This document shows positions 1 through 8,810 of a DNA stretch of 59,418 nucleotides, piece after piece. The translations under genes and the position numbers were made by a program. Position 1 is the first letter of the stretch. The number at the start of each line of letters is the position of its first letter. The stretch comes from an uncultured Actinomycetes bacterium (GTDB lineage: Bacteria > Chloroflexota > Dormibacteria > Dormibacterales > Dormibacteraceae): contig CAYWTI010000247.1 in NCBI GenBank assembly GCA_964461175.1, positions 1-59,418 on the forward strand, in the 5' to 3' direction. Below the pieces are notes generated by a model that saw only the letters and a list, made by a program, of their open reading frames with translations, was not told the DNA's origin and did not search any database.

Positions 1-135
1 GAGCAGATCGACGACTCGGCTGCTCAGCTGATGGCCAGGGACATCGCCAAGCGCATCGAATCCGAGCTGAGCTTCCCCGGCCAGATCCGCGTCACCGTCG
101 TGCGCGAGACCAGGGCCGTGGAGTACGCGAAGTAA
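1..135 (+). CDS. rny: Ribonuclease Y, C-terminal fragment (5' end outside window)
   Basis: Frame 1 is open from the window edge to TAA at 133-135. The peptide ...[20 protein letters not shown] matches the conserved RNase Y C-terminus. It is followed by ymdB and spoVS, the known rny-ymdB-spoVS arrangement. Confidence 0.7.
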   Translation, partial: EQIDDSAAQLMARDIAKRIESELSFPGQIRVTVVRETRAVEYAK

Positions 136-144
136 CGTCACAAA

Positions 145-176
145 GGGAGCCCCGCAAGGGCTCCCTTTTCTTTTTC
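145..176 (+). terminator. Intrinsic terminator after rny
   Basis: Perfect 8-bp stem gggagccc (145-152) / gggctccc (158-165) with loop cgcaa, followed by ttttcttttt (166-175). Confidence 0.75.
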
Positions 177-191
177 CAGCAAAATCAAGCG

Positions 192-980
192 ATGCCCGAC
201 GACCTGAAGATCCTGTTCGTCGCCGACGTGGTGGGCCATCCTGGCCGCGACGCGGTCAAGGCGCTGCTGCCCCGGCTGAGGAAGGAGCTCGCGCCCGACC
301 TCGTCGTGCTCAACGGCGAGAACGCCGCCGGAGGTTTCGGCCTGACGGCGAAGATCGCCGCCGAGCTCAAAGGAGCAGGTGCCGACGTCATCACGACCGG
401 CAACCACGTCTTCGCGCAGAAGGAGTTCACCGGCGAGCTGCCGGGCCTTGCGAACGTGCTCCGGCCGGCCAACTACCCTCCGCCGGCGCCGGGCAAGGGC
501 TCGTGTGTCGTCGAGGCCGCGGGCGTACAGGTGCTCGTCATGAACCTGATCGGCCGCATCTTCCTCGACGCGCTCGACGACCCGTTCCGCGCCGCCGACG
601 CCATCCTGGCCGACAACCCCGGCGTGAAGGTCGTGTTCTGCGATATGCATGCCGAGGCGACGTCGGAGAAGACGGCGATGGGTTGGTACCTGGACGGGCG
701 GGCGAGCGCCGTCGTCGGTACGCACACGCACGTGCCGACCGCCGACGCGCGCGTCCTGCCGGGCGGGACGGCCTACGTCACCGACGTCGGCATGGTCGGG
801 CCGCGCGACGGGTGCATCGGCATGGACAAGGACGTCGTCCTCCAGCGCTTCCTGACCGGTGTCCCGAACCGTTTCGTCGTCGCCTCCGGCCCGGTGACAT
901 TCAATTCGGTGTTGGTTACCATTAGTGCCTCCAGCGGCCGGGCGACGTCGATCCAGCGAATCGATCGTGAACATGTTTGA
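192..980 (+). CDS. ymdB: YmdB-like metallophosphoesterase (2',3'-cyclic-nucleotide 2'-phosphodiesterase family)
   Basis: 262-aa ORF. The N-terminus KILFVADVVGHPGR and the GENAAGGFGLT motif are typical of the YmdB/TIGR00282 family. Position immediately after rny supports the call. Confidence 0.85.
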   Translation: MPDDLKILFVADVVGHPGRDAVKALLPRLRKELAPDLVVLNGENAAGGFGLTAKIAAELKGAGADVITTGNHVFAQKEFTGELPGLANVLRPANYPPPAPGKGSCVVEAAGVQVLVMNLIGRIFLDALDDPFRAADAILADNPGVKVVFCDMHAEATSEKTAMGWYLDGRASAVVGTHTHVPTADARVLPGGTAYVTDVGMVGPRDGCIGMDKDVVLQRFLTGVPNRFVVASGPVTFNSVLVTISASSGRATSIQRIDREHV

Positions 981-993
981 AGGGGTTCCAGCA

Positions 994-1275
994 ATGTCAG
1001 CGGAGCGCGCTCCAGTAGAGGTGCTCAAGGTTTCGGCCACCTCCAAGCCGGTCGCCGTGGCGGGCGCGATCGCGGGCGTCATCCGCAGCAAGGGTCGGGT
1101 CGAGGTGCAGGCGATCGGCGCCGGCGCGATCAACCAGGCGGTGAAGGCGATCGCCATATCGCGTGGTTACGTGGCGCCCGGCGGCCTCGACCTCGTGTGC
1201 ATCCCGGCGTTCATCGACATCTCGATCGACGGCGAGGAACGGACCGGAATCCGCCTGCTGGTGGAGAGCAGATAA
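994..1275 (+). CDS. spoVS: Stage V sporulation protein S family protein
   Basis: MSAERAPVEVLKVSATSKPVAVAGAIAGVIRSKGRVEVQAIGAGAINQAVKAIAISRGY... is the SpoVS fold signature. ATG at 994 is preceded by gaagggg (979-985). The longer ORF from 925 overlaps ymdB and is not needed. Confidence 0.85.
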   Translation: MSAERAPVEVLKVSATSKPVAVAGAIAGVIRSKGRVEVQAIGAGAINQAVKAIAISRGYVAPGGLDLVCIPAFIDISIDGEERTGIRLLVESR

Positions 1276-2552
1276 CGGGGGTCCAGGCGCGGTCTTTTCA
1301 CATCTGGACGATCGGGTGCCAGATGAACGCGGCGGATTCCGAAAGCCTGGCGCGGCGGCTGCTCGCGGCCGGGTACGTCGAAGACTCGCTCGAGCGTGCC
1401 GACGTCGCGATCCTCAACACCTGCGTCGTTCGCCAGGCGTCGGAGGACCGCGTGTACTCCAAGCTTCACGAGCTCCGCGAGTGGAAGACGCCGGGGCGGA
1501 CCATCGCCCTCACCGGCTGCCTGGTCGGCAAGGAAGGCGACGGCCTGCGCAGGCGGTTCCCGCACCTCGACGCGGTGGTGCCGATCGGTGACTACGAACC
1601 CTTCCTCGCGGATCTCGCCGCTCGCTATGACTACTCCGAAGGCGAGGCGCTGCCGGCGGCGGGCCGGACGGGGATCAGCCACTTCGTGCGCGTAATCCAG
1701 GGCTGCGACCACAACTGCACGTTCTGCATCGTCCCGCGCGTTCGCGGCCGCGAGAAGCACGTACCGCTGGCCGCGATCGTCGAGGAGTGCCGGCACGCGG
1801 TCGCGGACGGCGCGCGGGAGGTGGTGCTCCTCGGCCAGAACGTCGACGACTATCACGACCCCGACGGCGCGGGCGGCCTCGCCGCGCTCGTGCGCGAGGT
1901 CGAGAAGATCGATGGGCTGAAGCGGCTTCGCTTCCTCACCTCGCACCCCCAGGACCTGGAGGTCGAGCTGCTCGAGACGATGGCCGCCAGCGATGTCGTC
2001 TGCAGGGAGCTGCAGCTGCCCGTCCAGTCCGGCGACGACACGGTCTTGAAGCGCATGGCGCGCGGCTACCAGACGCGGCACTACCGTGCTGTCATCGAGA
2101 ACGCGCGGCGCCTCATGCCCGACCTCGGTCTCGTCACCGACGTGATCGTCGGGTTCCCGGGCGAGTCGGAGCAGGCGTACATGAACACGCGCAGCCTCGT
2201 CGAGGAGATGGAGTTCGACGTCGTCCACATCGCGATGTACTCGCCGCGCCCGGGGACGTATGCCGCGACGAGGATGGAGGACGACGTGCCGCAGGAGGAA
2301 AAGCTGCGGCGGCTGAACGACCTGCTGGCTCTGTCGCGGGAGATCGCCACACGCAAGACGGCGAGGTGGGTGGGACGTGACGTCGAGGTCCTGATCGAGG
2401 GCCGGGACGAGCTCGGCCGGCCCTACGGCCGCATCCGCCAGGGAAAGCGCGGCGTCGTGCTGCGCGGGGCCGGCGTGCGGCCGGGCGACCTCGTCGACAT
2501 GCGTGTCGTGCAGTCGAACGCGGGGCAGCTCCTGGGGTTGCCCGCAGCGTGA
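1197..2552 (+). CDS. miaB: tRNA (N6-isopentenyl-A37) methylthiotransferase MiaB
   Basis: FHIWTIGCQMN N-terminal Cys motif, radical-SAM CDHNCTFCIVP and a C-terminal TRAM-like end. Start is uncertain: ATG 1197 overlaps spoVS by 79 nt. An in-frame ATA at 1272 overlaps the spoVS TAA (ATAA) and would give a typical-length N-terminus. Confidence 0.9.
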   Translation: MHPGVHRHLDRRRGTDRNPPAGGEQITGVQARSFHIWTIGCQMNAADSESLARRLLAAGYVEDSLERADVAILNTCVVRQASEDRVYSKLHELREWKTPGRTIALTGCLVGKEGDGLRRRFPHLDAVVPIGDYEPFLADLAARYDYSEGEALPAAGRTGISHFVRVIQGCDHNCTFCIVPRVRGREKHVPLAAIVEECRHAVADGAREVVLLGQNVDDYHDPDGAGGLAALVREVEKIDGLKRLRFLTSHPQDLEVELLETMAASDVVCRELQLPVQSGDDTVLKRMARGYQTRHYRAVIENARRLMPDLGLVTDVIVGFPGESEQAYMNTRSLVEEMEFDVVHIAMYSPRPGTYAATRMEDDVPQEEKLRRLNDLLALSREIATRKTARWVGRDVEVLIEGRDELGRPYGRIRQGKRGVVLRGAGVRPGDLVDMRVVQSNAGQLLGLPAA

Positions 2553-5023
2553 ACCTGCCCGCGACCCCGGTGATGCGGCAGTACCGGGAAGCGCGGGAGA
2601 AACATCCCGACGGAATCCTTCTCTTCCGCCTCGGCGATTTCTACGAGATCTTCTTCGACGACGCCAAGGTGGCGGCGCCGATCATGGGCGTGCAGCTCAC
2701 ATCGCGGCCGCTCGGCAAGACCGGACGCGCACCGATGTGCGGAGTGCCTCACCACGCTTGGCAGTCGTACGTCGGCAAGCTGCTTAGGGCCGGTCACAAG
2801 GTAGTGATCTGCGACCAGGTCGAAGCAGCGAGCAAGAACAAGATAGTGAAGCGCGATGTGACCCGCGTGCTGACGCCCGGCACCGTGGTGGAGGACGCGT
2901 ACCTCGAGCCCTCGCGCCCGAACTACCTCGTCGCCGCGTGGACGAGGGGCCTCGAGTCCGGCCTGGCCGCATGCGAGGTCTCGACCGGCGAGCTGCTGCT
3001 GTGCCAGCTGCCCAGGGATCGTCTGCAGGCCGAGCTCGAACGGCTTGCCCCCGCCGAGCTGCTCGCACCGCCGGAGGTCGAGGAGTACCGCTTCGACCCC
3101 ATCCGCGGCCTGCAGAGGATGAAGGACATGCTCGGCATCGCCTATCCAGACTCGATCGGGGCGGGAGATGCGCCGCTCGCGGTGGGCGCCGCGGGCGTGA
3201 TCCTCGACTACCTGCGCCAGAACCAGGCACGGCTGTCGCCTGGGTCACTGTCGGTGCGCACCTATTCGCCCGAGGCCACAATGCCGCTGGACGCGGCGAC
3301 CGTCCGCAACCTGGAGCTGCCCGCGCTGGTGGCGCTGGTCGACCGCACGTCCACGCCCGTCGGGGCGCGCCAGCTGCGCGCCTGGCTCGGCGCGCCGCTG
3401 CGGGACGCCGAGTCGATCGAGCTGCGACTCGCCGCCGTGGACGAGCTCGTCACGGCGCCGGACCTCTGCGAACGCCTCGGCGACACGCTGAAGCCGGTCG
3501 GAGACCTCGAACGTCTCGTCACTCGCGCCGCGGCCGGGCATTCGAACGCACGCGAGCTCGTTGCGCTCCGGCGATCGCTCGAGGCGCTACCCGCAGTGCG
3601 CGAGGCGCTCGGTGCGTGCGAGGCGCTGGTGACACGCGAGCTGACGGGCCAGGTCACCGGCGCCCCCGACCTCGCCGACACGCTGCGCCGCGCGCTGGTC
3701 GACGAACCGCCGCCTGGCCGCGACGGCGTGATCCGCGCCGGCTTCGATCCCGACCTGGATGCGATCGTCGACGCCTCGAGGGGCGCGCGCGAGTGGATAG
3801 CGAAGCTGGAGGCCGCCGAGCGCAGGCGCACGGGGATCAAGTCTTTGAAGGTGGGCTTCAACAAGGTCTTCGGCTACTACATCGAGGTCAGCCACGCCAA
3901 CGCGGTGCCTGTGCCCGGCGACTACACACGGAAGCAGACGCTGACCGGCGGCGAGCGTTACATCACGCCCGAGCTCAAGGAGAAGGAGGCCGTCGTCCTC
4001 AGCGCGCAGGAGCGCATCGCCGCGCGGGAGCAGGAGATCCTGTCGCGGCTCGCGGAGACGGTGGCCGCCGCGTCGCCGGCCGTCCGCGAGACCGCGCACG
4101 CGATCGGCATGGTGGACGCGATCCTCAGCCTGGCCAGGGCGGCGGCCGAGCACGGCTGGCGGCGTCCCTCCGTCAACGCCGGCCTGGCGCTGAACATCGA
4201 CCGCGGCCGCCATCCCCTCGTCGAGGCGGGGCTGCCCGCCGGCGTGTTCGTGGCCAACGATCTGGAGCTCGACCCGGACGGCGCGCAGATCGTGATTCTC
4301 ACCGGGCCGAACATGGCCGGCAAGTCGACGTATCTCCGGCAGGCGGCGATCATCGTCCTGCTCGCGCAGTGCGGGAGCTTCGTCCCGGCCGAGCGCGCGG
4401 CGATCGGCATCGCTGACCGGATCTTCACGCGTGTCGGCGCTCACGACGACATCAGCGCGGGCATGTCGACGTTCATGGTCGAGATGACGGAGACGGCCTA
4501 CATCCTCGGCCACGCTACACGCGCCTCGCTTGTCATCCTCGACGAGGTGGGGAGGGGCACTTCGACATACGACGGCGTCTCCATCGCGCAGGCCGTTGTC
4601 GAGCACCTGCACGATGCGCCAAGACTCGGATGCAGGACGCTCTTCGCGACCCACTACCACGAGCTCACGGCGCTGGCGGAGCGCCTGCCGCGCGTGCGCA
4701 ACGAACGCGTCGAGGTGCTCGAGGAGGGCGACACCGTCCGGTTCCTTCACCGCGTCGTGGCCGGCGGCGCCGACCGCTCCTACGGCATCCACGTCGCCGC
4801 CGTGGCGGGCCTTCCGGCGGCTGTGATCGCACGCGCTCGGGATGTCCTGGCGGAGCTGGAGCGCGAAAAGCCGCTGGAGCCGCCCGAGGTCCAGCTCGGC
4901 CTTCCGATCGAGATGGCGCCGGACCCGCTGCGCAAGGAGCTCGAGGCGCTCGACCCGTCGACGCTCAGCCCGCTCGAGGCGCTGCAGACGCTCTACCAGC
5001 TGAGAGCGAAGCTGGCCCCGTGA
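2549..5023 (+). CDS. mutS: DNA mismatch repair protein MutS
   Basis: 824 aa. TPVMRQYREAREKHPDGILLFRLGDFYEIFFDDA mismatch-binding N-terminus, Walker A TGPNMAGKST, and STFMVEM. The GTG start overlaps the miaB TGA (GTGA). Confidence 0.95.
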   Translation: MNLPATPVMRQYREAREKHPDGILLFRLGDFYEIFFDDAKVAAPIMGVQLTSRPLGKTGRAPMCGVPHHAWQSYVGKLLRAGHKVVICDQVEAASKNKIVKRDVTRVLTPGTVVEDAYLEPSRPNYLVAAWTRGLESGLAACEVSTGELLLCQLPRDRLQAELERLAPAELLAPPEVEEYRFDPIRGLQRMKDMLGIAYPDSIGAGDAPLAVGAAGVILDYLRQNQARLSPGSLSVRTYSPEATMPLDAATVRNLELPALVALVDRTSTPVGARQLRAWLGAPLRDAESIELRLAAVDELVTAPDLCERLGDTLKPVGDLERLVTRAAAGHSNARELVALRRSLEALPAVREALGACEALVTRELTGQVTGAPDLADTLRRALVDEPPPGRDGVIRAGFDPDLDAIVDASRGAREWIAKLEAAERRRTGIKSLKVGFNKVFGYYIEVSHANAVPVPGDYTRKQTLTGGERYITPELKEKEAVVLSAQERIAAREQEILSRLAETVAAASPAVRETAHAIGMVDAILSLARAAAEHGWRRPSVNAGLALNIDRGRHPLVEAGLPAGVFVANDLELDPDGAQIVILTGPNMAGKSTYLRQAAIIVLLAQCGSFVPAERAAIGIADRIFTRVGAHDDISAGMSTFMVEMTETAYILGHATRASLVILDEVGRGTSTYDGVSIAQAVVEHLHDAPRLGCRTLFATHYHELTALAERLPRVRNERVEVLEEGDTVRFLHRVVAGGADRSYGIHVAAVAGLPAAVIARARDVLAELEREKPLEPPEVQLGLPIEMAPDPLRKELEALDPSTLSPLEALQTLYQLRAKLAP

Positions 5024-6675
5024 TCAAGGTCCTGCGGCCGGAGGTTGCCGACGCGATCGCCGCCGGCGAGGTCATCGAGCGACCGGCGTCGGTCGTCAAG
5101 GAGCTGGTCGAGAACGCCCTGGACGCCGGCGCCCGCCGGATCAACATCGACGTGCGGGGAGCGGGGAAGACCTCCATCCGCGTCAGCGACGACGGCACGG
5201 GCATCCCGGCCGACGAGCTCACGCTCGCTTTCCTCCGACACACGACCAGCAAGCTCGTCTCGCTCGCCGACCTCGCGGTCATCGGCTCGTTCGGCTTTCG
5301 CGGAGAGGCGCTCGCGAGCGTCGCCGCGGTCGCGGATGTCGAATGCTCGAGCGCGGGCGCGACGGTTCGGATCCGCCATGCGGAGATCGTCGAGCAAGGC
5401 TCCGGTCCGCTCCTGCCGGGCGTGGTCATCGAGGTTCGCGACCTCTTTGCGAACGTACCGGCGAGGCTGAAGTTCTTGAAGAGCGACGCGACCGAGGTCG
5501 CCGCCATCAAGGAGGTCGTGTCCGCGTTTGCGCTGCTTCACCCGCACGTCCGTTTTCACCTCACCATCGACAGCCGCGCTGCCGTCAGCAGCGCCGGCGA
5601 CGGTGACCGGCGGCGCGCCATCGGCGCGGTCTACGGCGCCCCGGTCGCGACCGAGATGCTCGAGATGCTCGGCATGCCGCTCGTTTCGGGCATGGTCAGC
5701 CAGCCGCGACTCAGCCGTGGCAGCCGCGACGGCATCGTGCTCGCCGTCAACGGCCGGCCGATCAGCGCCCGCTCGCTCGTCTATGCGCTCGAGGAGTGCT
5801 ACCAGGGGCGCCTCGAGCGCGGAAGGCACCCCGTCGCGGTGATCGATGTCGCCATCGACCCCGAGCTCGTCGACGTCAACGTCCACCCGGCGAAGAAGGA
5901 GGTCAGGTTTCGGGACGAGGGCGCGATCTTCGCCGCGCTGCAGCGCGCCGTGCGTGCGGCGCTCGACGGCAGCGAGCCGTTTCGCTACCGCCCCGGCGAT
6001 ACCTCCCACGAGATCCGATTCGCCGAGGCGGCTGTCGGCGCGCCGCAGCTCACCCTTCACGAGGCGCCCGCGGCGATCGCGGAGACGAACGGGCACGCAG
6101 CGGCGACGACGGTCCTTCGGCCCATCGGGCAGGCGGGGCCGGGCTACCTGGTCGCCGAGGGTCCCCACGGCCTGGTCCTCGTCGACCAGCACGCGGCGCA
6201 CGAGCGCGTGCTGTACAACCGGCTGCTCGAGAGCCTCCGCACCGGCCGCGGCCCGAGCCAGGCGTTGCTGATCCCCCAGGCCGTCGACGTCGAGCCGGCG
6301 CTCATCGCCGCCGCCGCCGATCACCGCGAAGAGCTGGCCAAGCTTGGCCTCGAGTACGAGGAGTTCGGGCCGCGCAGCCTGCGCATCACGGCGGTACCGG
6401 CCGAGCTCCCGTCGGGGCGGGCCACCGCGGCCATCCAGGAGACACTCGCGGCGCTTGCCGAGAGCAGGGGCGACGGGGCGGTCGAGAAAGCGGCGGCGGC
6501 GCTCGCCTGCCACTCAGCGGTGCGCTTCGGCGATGTGCTCGACGCGGCCGAGCAAAGACAGCTCCTCGCGGACCTGGAGAACGCCGAGCAATCGATCACC
6601 TGCCCGCACGGCCGGCCGACGCGGCTGCTCGTCGAGTGGCAGGAGCTCACCCGCCACTTCCGCCGGAACTACTGA
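5020..6675 (+). CDS. mutL: DNA mismatch repair protein MutL
   Basis: VIKVLRPEVADAIAAGEVIERPASVVKELVENALDAG (GHKL ATPase N-terminus) and GFRGEAL. GTG 5020 overlaps the mutS TGA (GTGA). The upstream part of ORF 4630-6675 lies inside mutS. Confidence 0.93.
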   Translation: MIKVLRPEVADAIAAGEVIERPASVVKELVENALDAGARRINIDVRGAGKTSIRVSDDGTGIPADELTLAFLRHTTSKLVSLADLAVIGSFGFRGEALASVAAVADVECSSAGATVRIRHAEIVEQGSGPLLPGVVIEVRDLFANVPARLKFLKSDATEVAAIKEVVSAFALLHPHVRFHLTIDSRAAVSSAGDGDRRRAIGAVYGAPVATEMLEMLGMPLVSGMVSQPRLSRGSRDGIVLAVNGRPISARSLVYALEECYQGRLERGRHPVAVIDVAIDPELVDVNVHPAKKEVRFRDEGAIFAALQRAVRAALDGSEPFRYRPGDTSHEIRFAEAAVGAPQLTLHEAPAAIAETNGHAAATTVLRPIGQAGPGYLVAEGPHGLVLVDQHAAHERVLYNRLLESLRTGRGPSQALLIPQAVDVEPALIAAAADHREELAKLGLEYEEFGPRSLRITAVPAELPSGRATAAIQETLAALAESRGDGAVEKAAAALACHSAVRFGDVLDAAEQRQLLADLENAEQSITCPHGRPTRLLVEWQELTRHFRRNY

Positions 6676-7562
6676 CGGCCGACAGGGTTCCGGTCGTCGT
6701 CGGGCCGACCGGCATCGGCAAGTCGCAGCTGGCGTTCGAGCTCGCCCAGAGGCTCGACGGCGAGATCGTCGTCGCCGACTCGCGGCAGGTGTACGGCCGG
6801 CTCGACATCGCCACCAACAAACCCAGCCCCGAGCAGCGAAGGGCCGTGCGCTACCACATGATCGACTTCGTCGATCCGGCCTCGAGCTTCAATGCCGCGC
6901 AGTACATGGAGGGTGCGCGCGCCGCGATCGACGACGTGCTGGCGCGCGGCCGGATGCCGATCGTCGAGGGCGGGACGATGCTCTACGTCGACGCCCTATG
7001 CGACGGTTTCAGCCTGACCGGCATCCCGCCCGATCCCGCCCTGCGCGCGGAGCTCGAGCAGCTCGACCTCGTGCCGCTGCAGGAGCGGCTGCTCGCCCTC
7101 GATCCCAACCCCGGCGTCGACCTGGCCAACCGCGTGCGTGTGATCCGCGCGATCGAGATCCTGCGCAGCGCCGGGCCCCCGCTGCGACGTCTGCGCACGC
7201 GCACGCCTCCGCCCTGGACCGCCGTCCGCGTCGGCCTGGTCGCTCCCCTCGACGTCGTCGACCGCAGGCTCGCCGAGCGCAGCCGGCGCCAGGTGGAGCG
7301 CGGGCTGGTCGCCGAGACGCAAGCGGCGCTGGACTCGGGCGTGCCGGCCAGTGCGCCCGTGCTGACCGGCATCGGCTATGCCGAGGCGCTTGCGCACATC
7401 CGCGGCGAGGTCACCCTCGAGCAACTTCCGGAGGTCATGGCGGCGTCGAACCGGCGCTACGCGCGCAGGCAGCTGCGCTGGTGGCGGCACGACCCGCGGG
7501 TGAGGTGGTTCGAGATCGAGCCCGATCCGCTGCCGGGTATCCTCAAATATCTCCATGAGTAA
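6636..7562 (+). CDS. miaA: tRNA dimethylallyltransferase MiaA
   Basis: VVVGPTGIGKSQLAFELA P-loop and VADSRQVYGRLDIATNKPS. The start is either GTG 6636 (40-nt overlap with mutL) or CTG 6672, which overlaps the mutL TGA (CTGA). The rest of the 588-aa ORF lies inside mutL. Confidence 0.9.
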   Translation: MAGAHPPLPPELLTADRVPVVVGPTGIGKSQLAFELAQRLDGEIVVADSRQVYGRLDIATNKPSPEQRRAVRYHMIDFVDPASSFNAAQYMEGARAAIDDVLARGRMPIVEGGTMLYVDALCDGFSLTGIPPDPALRAELEQLDLVPLQERLLALDPNPGVDLANRVRVIRAIEILRSAGPPLRRLRTRTPPPWTAVRVGLVAPLDVVDRRLAERSRRQVERGLVAETQAALDSGVPASAPVLTGIGYAEALAHIRGEVTLEQLPEVMAASNRRYARRQLRWWRHDPRVRWFEIEPDPLPGILKYLHE

Positions 7563-8727
7563 GACCTCGGCCGGTGCGAAGCGACTCGGCCGCATCCCGC
7601 CGTACCTCTTCGCCGAGATCGACCGCAAGGTGCAAGAGAAGAAGCGCGCCGGAGTCGACGTGATCTCGCTCGGCATCGGCGACCCCGACCTCGCCACGCC
7701 CGGCCGCATCGTCAGCGTCCTGCAGGAGGCGGCCGCCGACCCGGCCAACCATCGCTACGCGTCCTACTTCGGCCTCGCCGAGCTGCGCGAGGCCATCGCT
7801 GGCTGGTACCAGGATCGGTCGGGGATCGAGCTCGATCCCGCGACCGAGATCCTGCCCACGCTGGGCTCCAAGGACGGCATCAGCCACGTGCCGCTCGCGC
7901 TCGTCGATCCCGGAGACGTGGTGCTCGCGCCGGATCCCGGCTACACCGTCTACGTCACCGGCGCGATCATGGCCGGCGCCGAGCCCTACGCGATGCCGCT
8001 GACGCAGGAGAACCACTGGCTTCCCGACCTCGACGCCATCCCCGCCGACGTTGCCGCGCGGGCACGGCTGCTCTGGCTCAACTATCCGAACAACCCGACC
8101 GCGGCGACCGCGAGCCGCGAGTTTCTCGAGCGGGCGGTGGCCTTCTGCCGCCGCCACGACATCGTGCTGTGCCACGACGCGCCGTACTCCGAGATCGCCT
8201 TCGACGGCTACCGGCCGCCGACGCTCTTCGAGATCCCGGGGGCGAAGGACATCGGGCTCGAGTTCCACTCCCTCTCGAAGACGTACAACATGACTGGCTG
8301 GCGCATCGGCTGGGTCTGCGGCCGCGCCGACCTCGTCGACCTCATCGGCCAGCTGAAGACGAACATCGACTCCGGCATCTTCCAGGCCGTGCAGTGGGCC
8401 GCGATCGAGGCGCTGAACGGGGGCGAGGAGGAGACGAAGGCCGCCTGCGCCGTCTACGCCCGGCGGCACCGTGCCGTGGCCGAGACGCTGAACAGCCTCG
8501 GCTGGAACGTCAAGCCTCCGCGCGCGACCTTCTATGTATGGGCGCCGGTGCCGGACGGATACGACTCGATCGGCTTCGCGTCCCACGTCCTCGACCAGGT
8601 CGGGGTCAACATCACGCCCGGCGTCGGCTTCGGTCCGCACGGTGAGGGCTACTTCCGGCTGTCGGTCACTGCTCCGGACGCGCGCATCGACGAGGCGATG
8701 GCGCGCATGAGGAAGCTCCGCATCTGA
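7555..8727 (+). CDS. dapL: Class I/II aminotransferase, LL-diaminopimelate aminotransferase (DapL)-like
   Basis: 390 aa. RIPPYLFAEIDRKVQEKKRAGVDVISLGIGDPDLATP and SLSKTYNMTGWRIG (PLP lysine) resemble the short DapL family. The ATG overlaps the miaA stop by 8 nt (ATGAGTAA). Substrate assignment is an inference. Confidence 0.65.
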   Translation: MSKTSAGAKRLGRIPPYLFAEIDRKVQEKKRAGVDVISLGIGDPDLATPGRIVSVLQEAAADPANHRYASYFGLAELREAIAGWYQDRSGIELDPATEILPTLGSKDGISHVPLALVDPGDVVLAPDPGYTVYVTGAIMAGAEPYAMPLTQENHWLPDLDAIPADVAARARLLWLNYPNNPTAATASREFLERAVAFCRRHDIVLCHDAPYSEIAFDGYRPPTLFEIPGAKDIGLEFHSLSKTYNMTGWRIGWVCGRADLVDLIGQLKTNIDSGIFQAVQWAAIEALNGGEEETKAACAVYARRHRAVAETLNSLGWNVKPPRATFYVWAPVPDGYDSIGFASHVLDQVGVNITPGVGFGPHGEGYFRLSVTAPDARIDEAMARMRKLRI

Positions 8728-8810
8728 TCAACACCAGGAGCCCACGGGAGCGGGCGTTCCTCGTCGGTCTTTTACTGCCGGGGACGACGGAGAGCCGCGT
8801 CGACGAGCAG

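Noticed and set aside
138-1157. Long antisense or alternate-frame ORFs throughout the ORF track. Examples: 138-1157(-), 1167-2228(-), 2938-4416(+), 3587-4792(-), 4993-6513(-), 7543-8640(-), 8772-9950(-), 12321-13535(-), 12494-14239(+), 14506-16185(+), 17023-18957(-), 19291-20907(-), 21501-22931(-), 27762-28823(-), 31685-32791(+), 33871-35085(+), 35269-36492(+), 42082-43248(-), 44913-47033(+), 46574-47851(+), 49128-50384(+), 50469-51851(+), 53764-55764(+), 55695-57551(+).
   Set aside because: Their products are Arg/Ala/Pro/Gly-rich low-complexity strings with no family motifs. Each lies opposite to, or out of frame with, a gene that has clear conserved motifs. Stop-poor shadow frames are expected in very GC-rich DNA.
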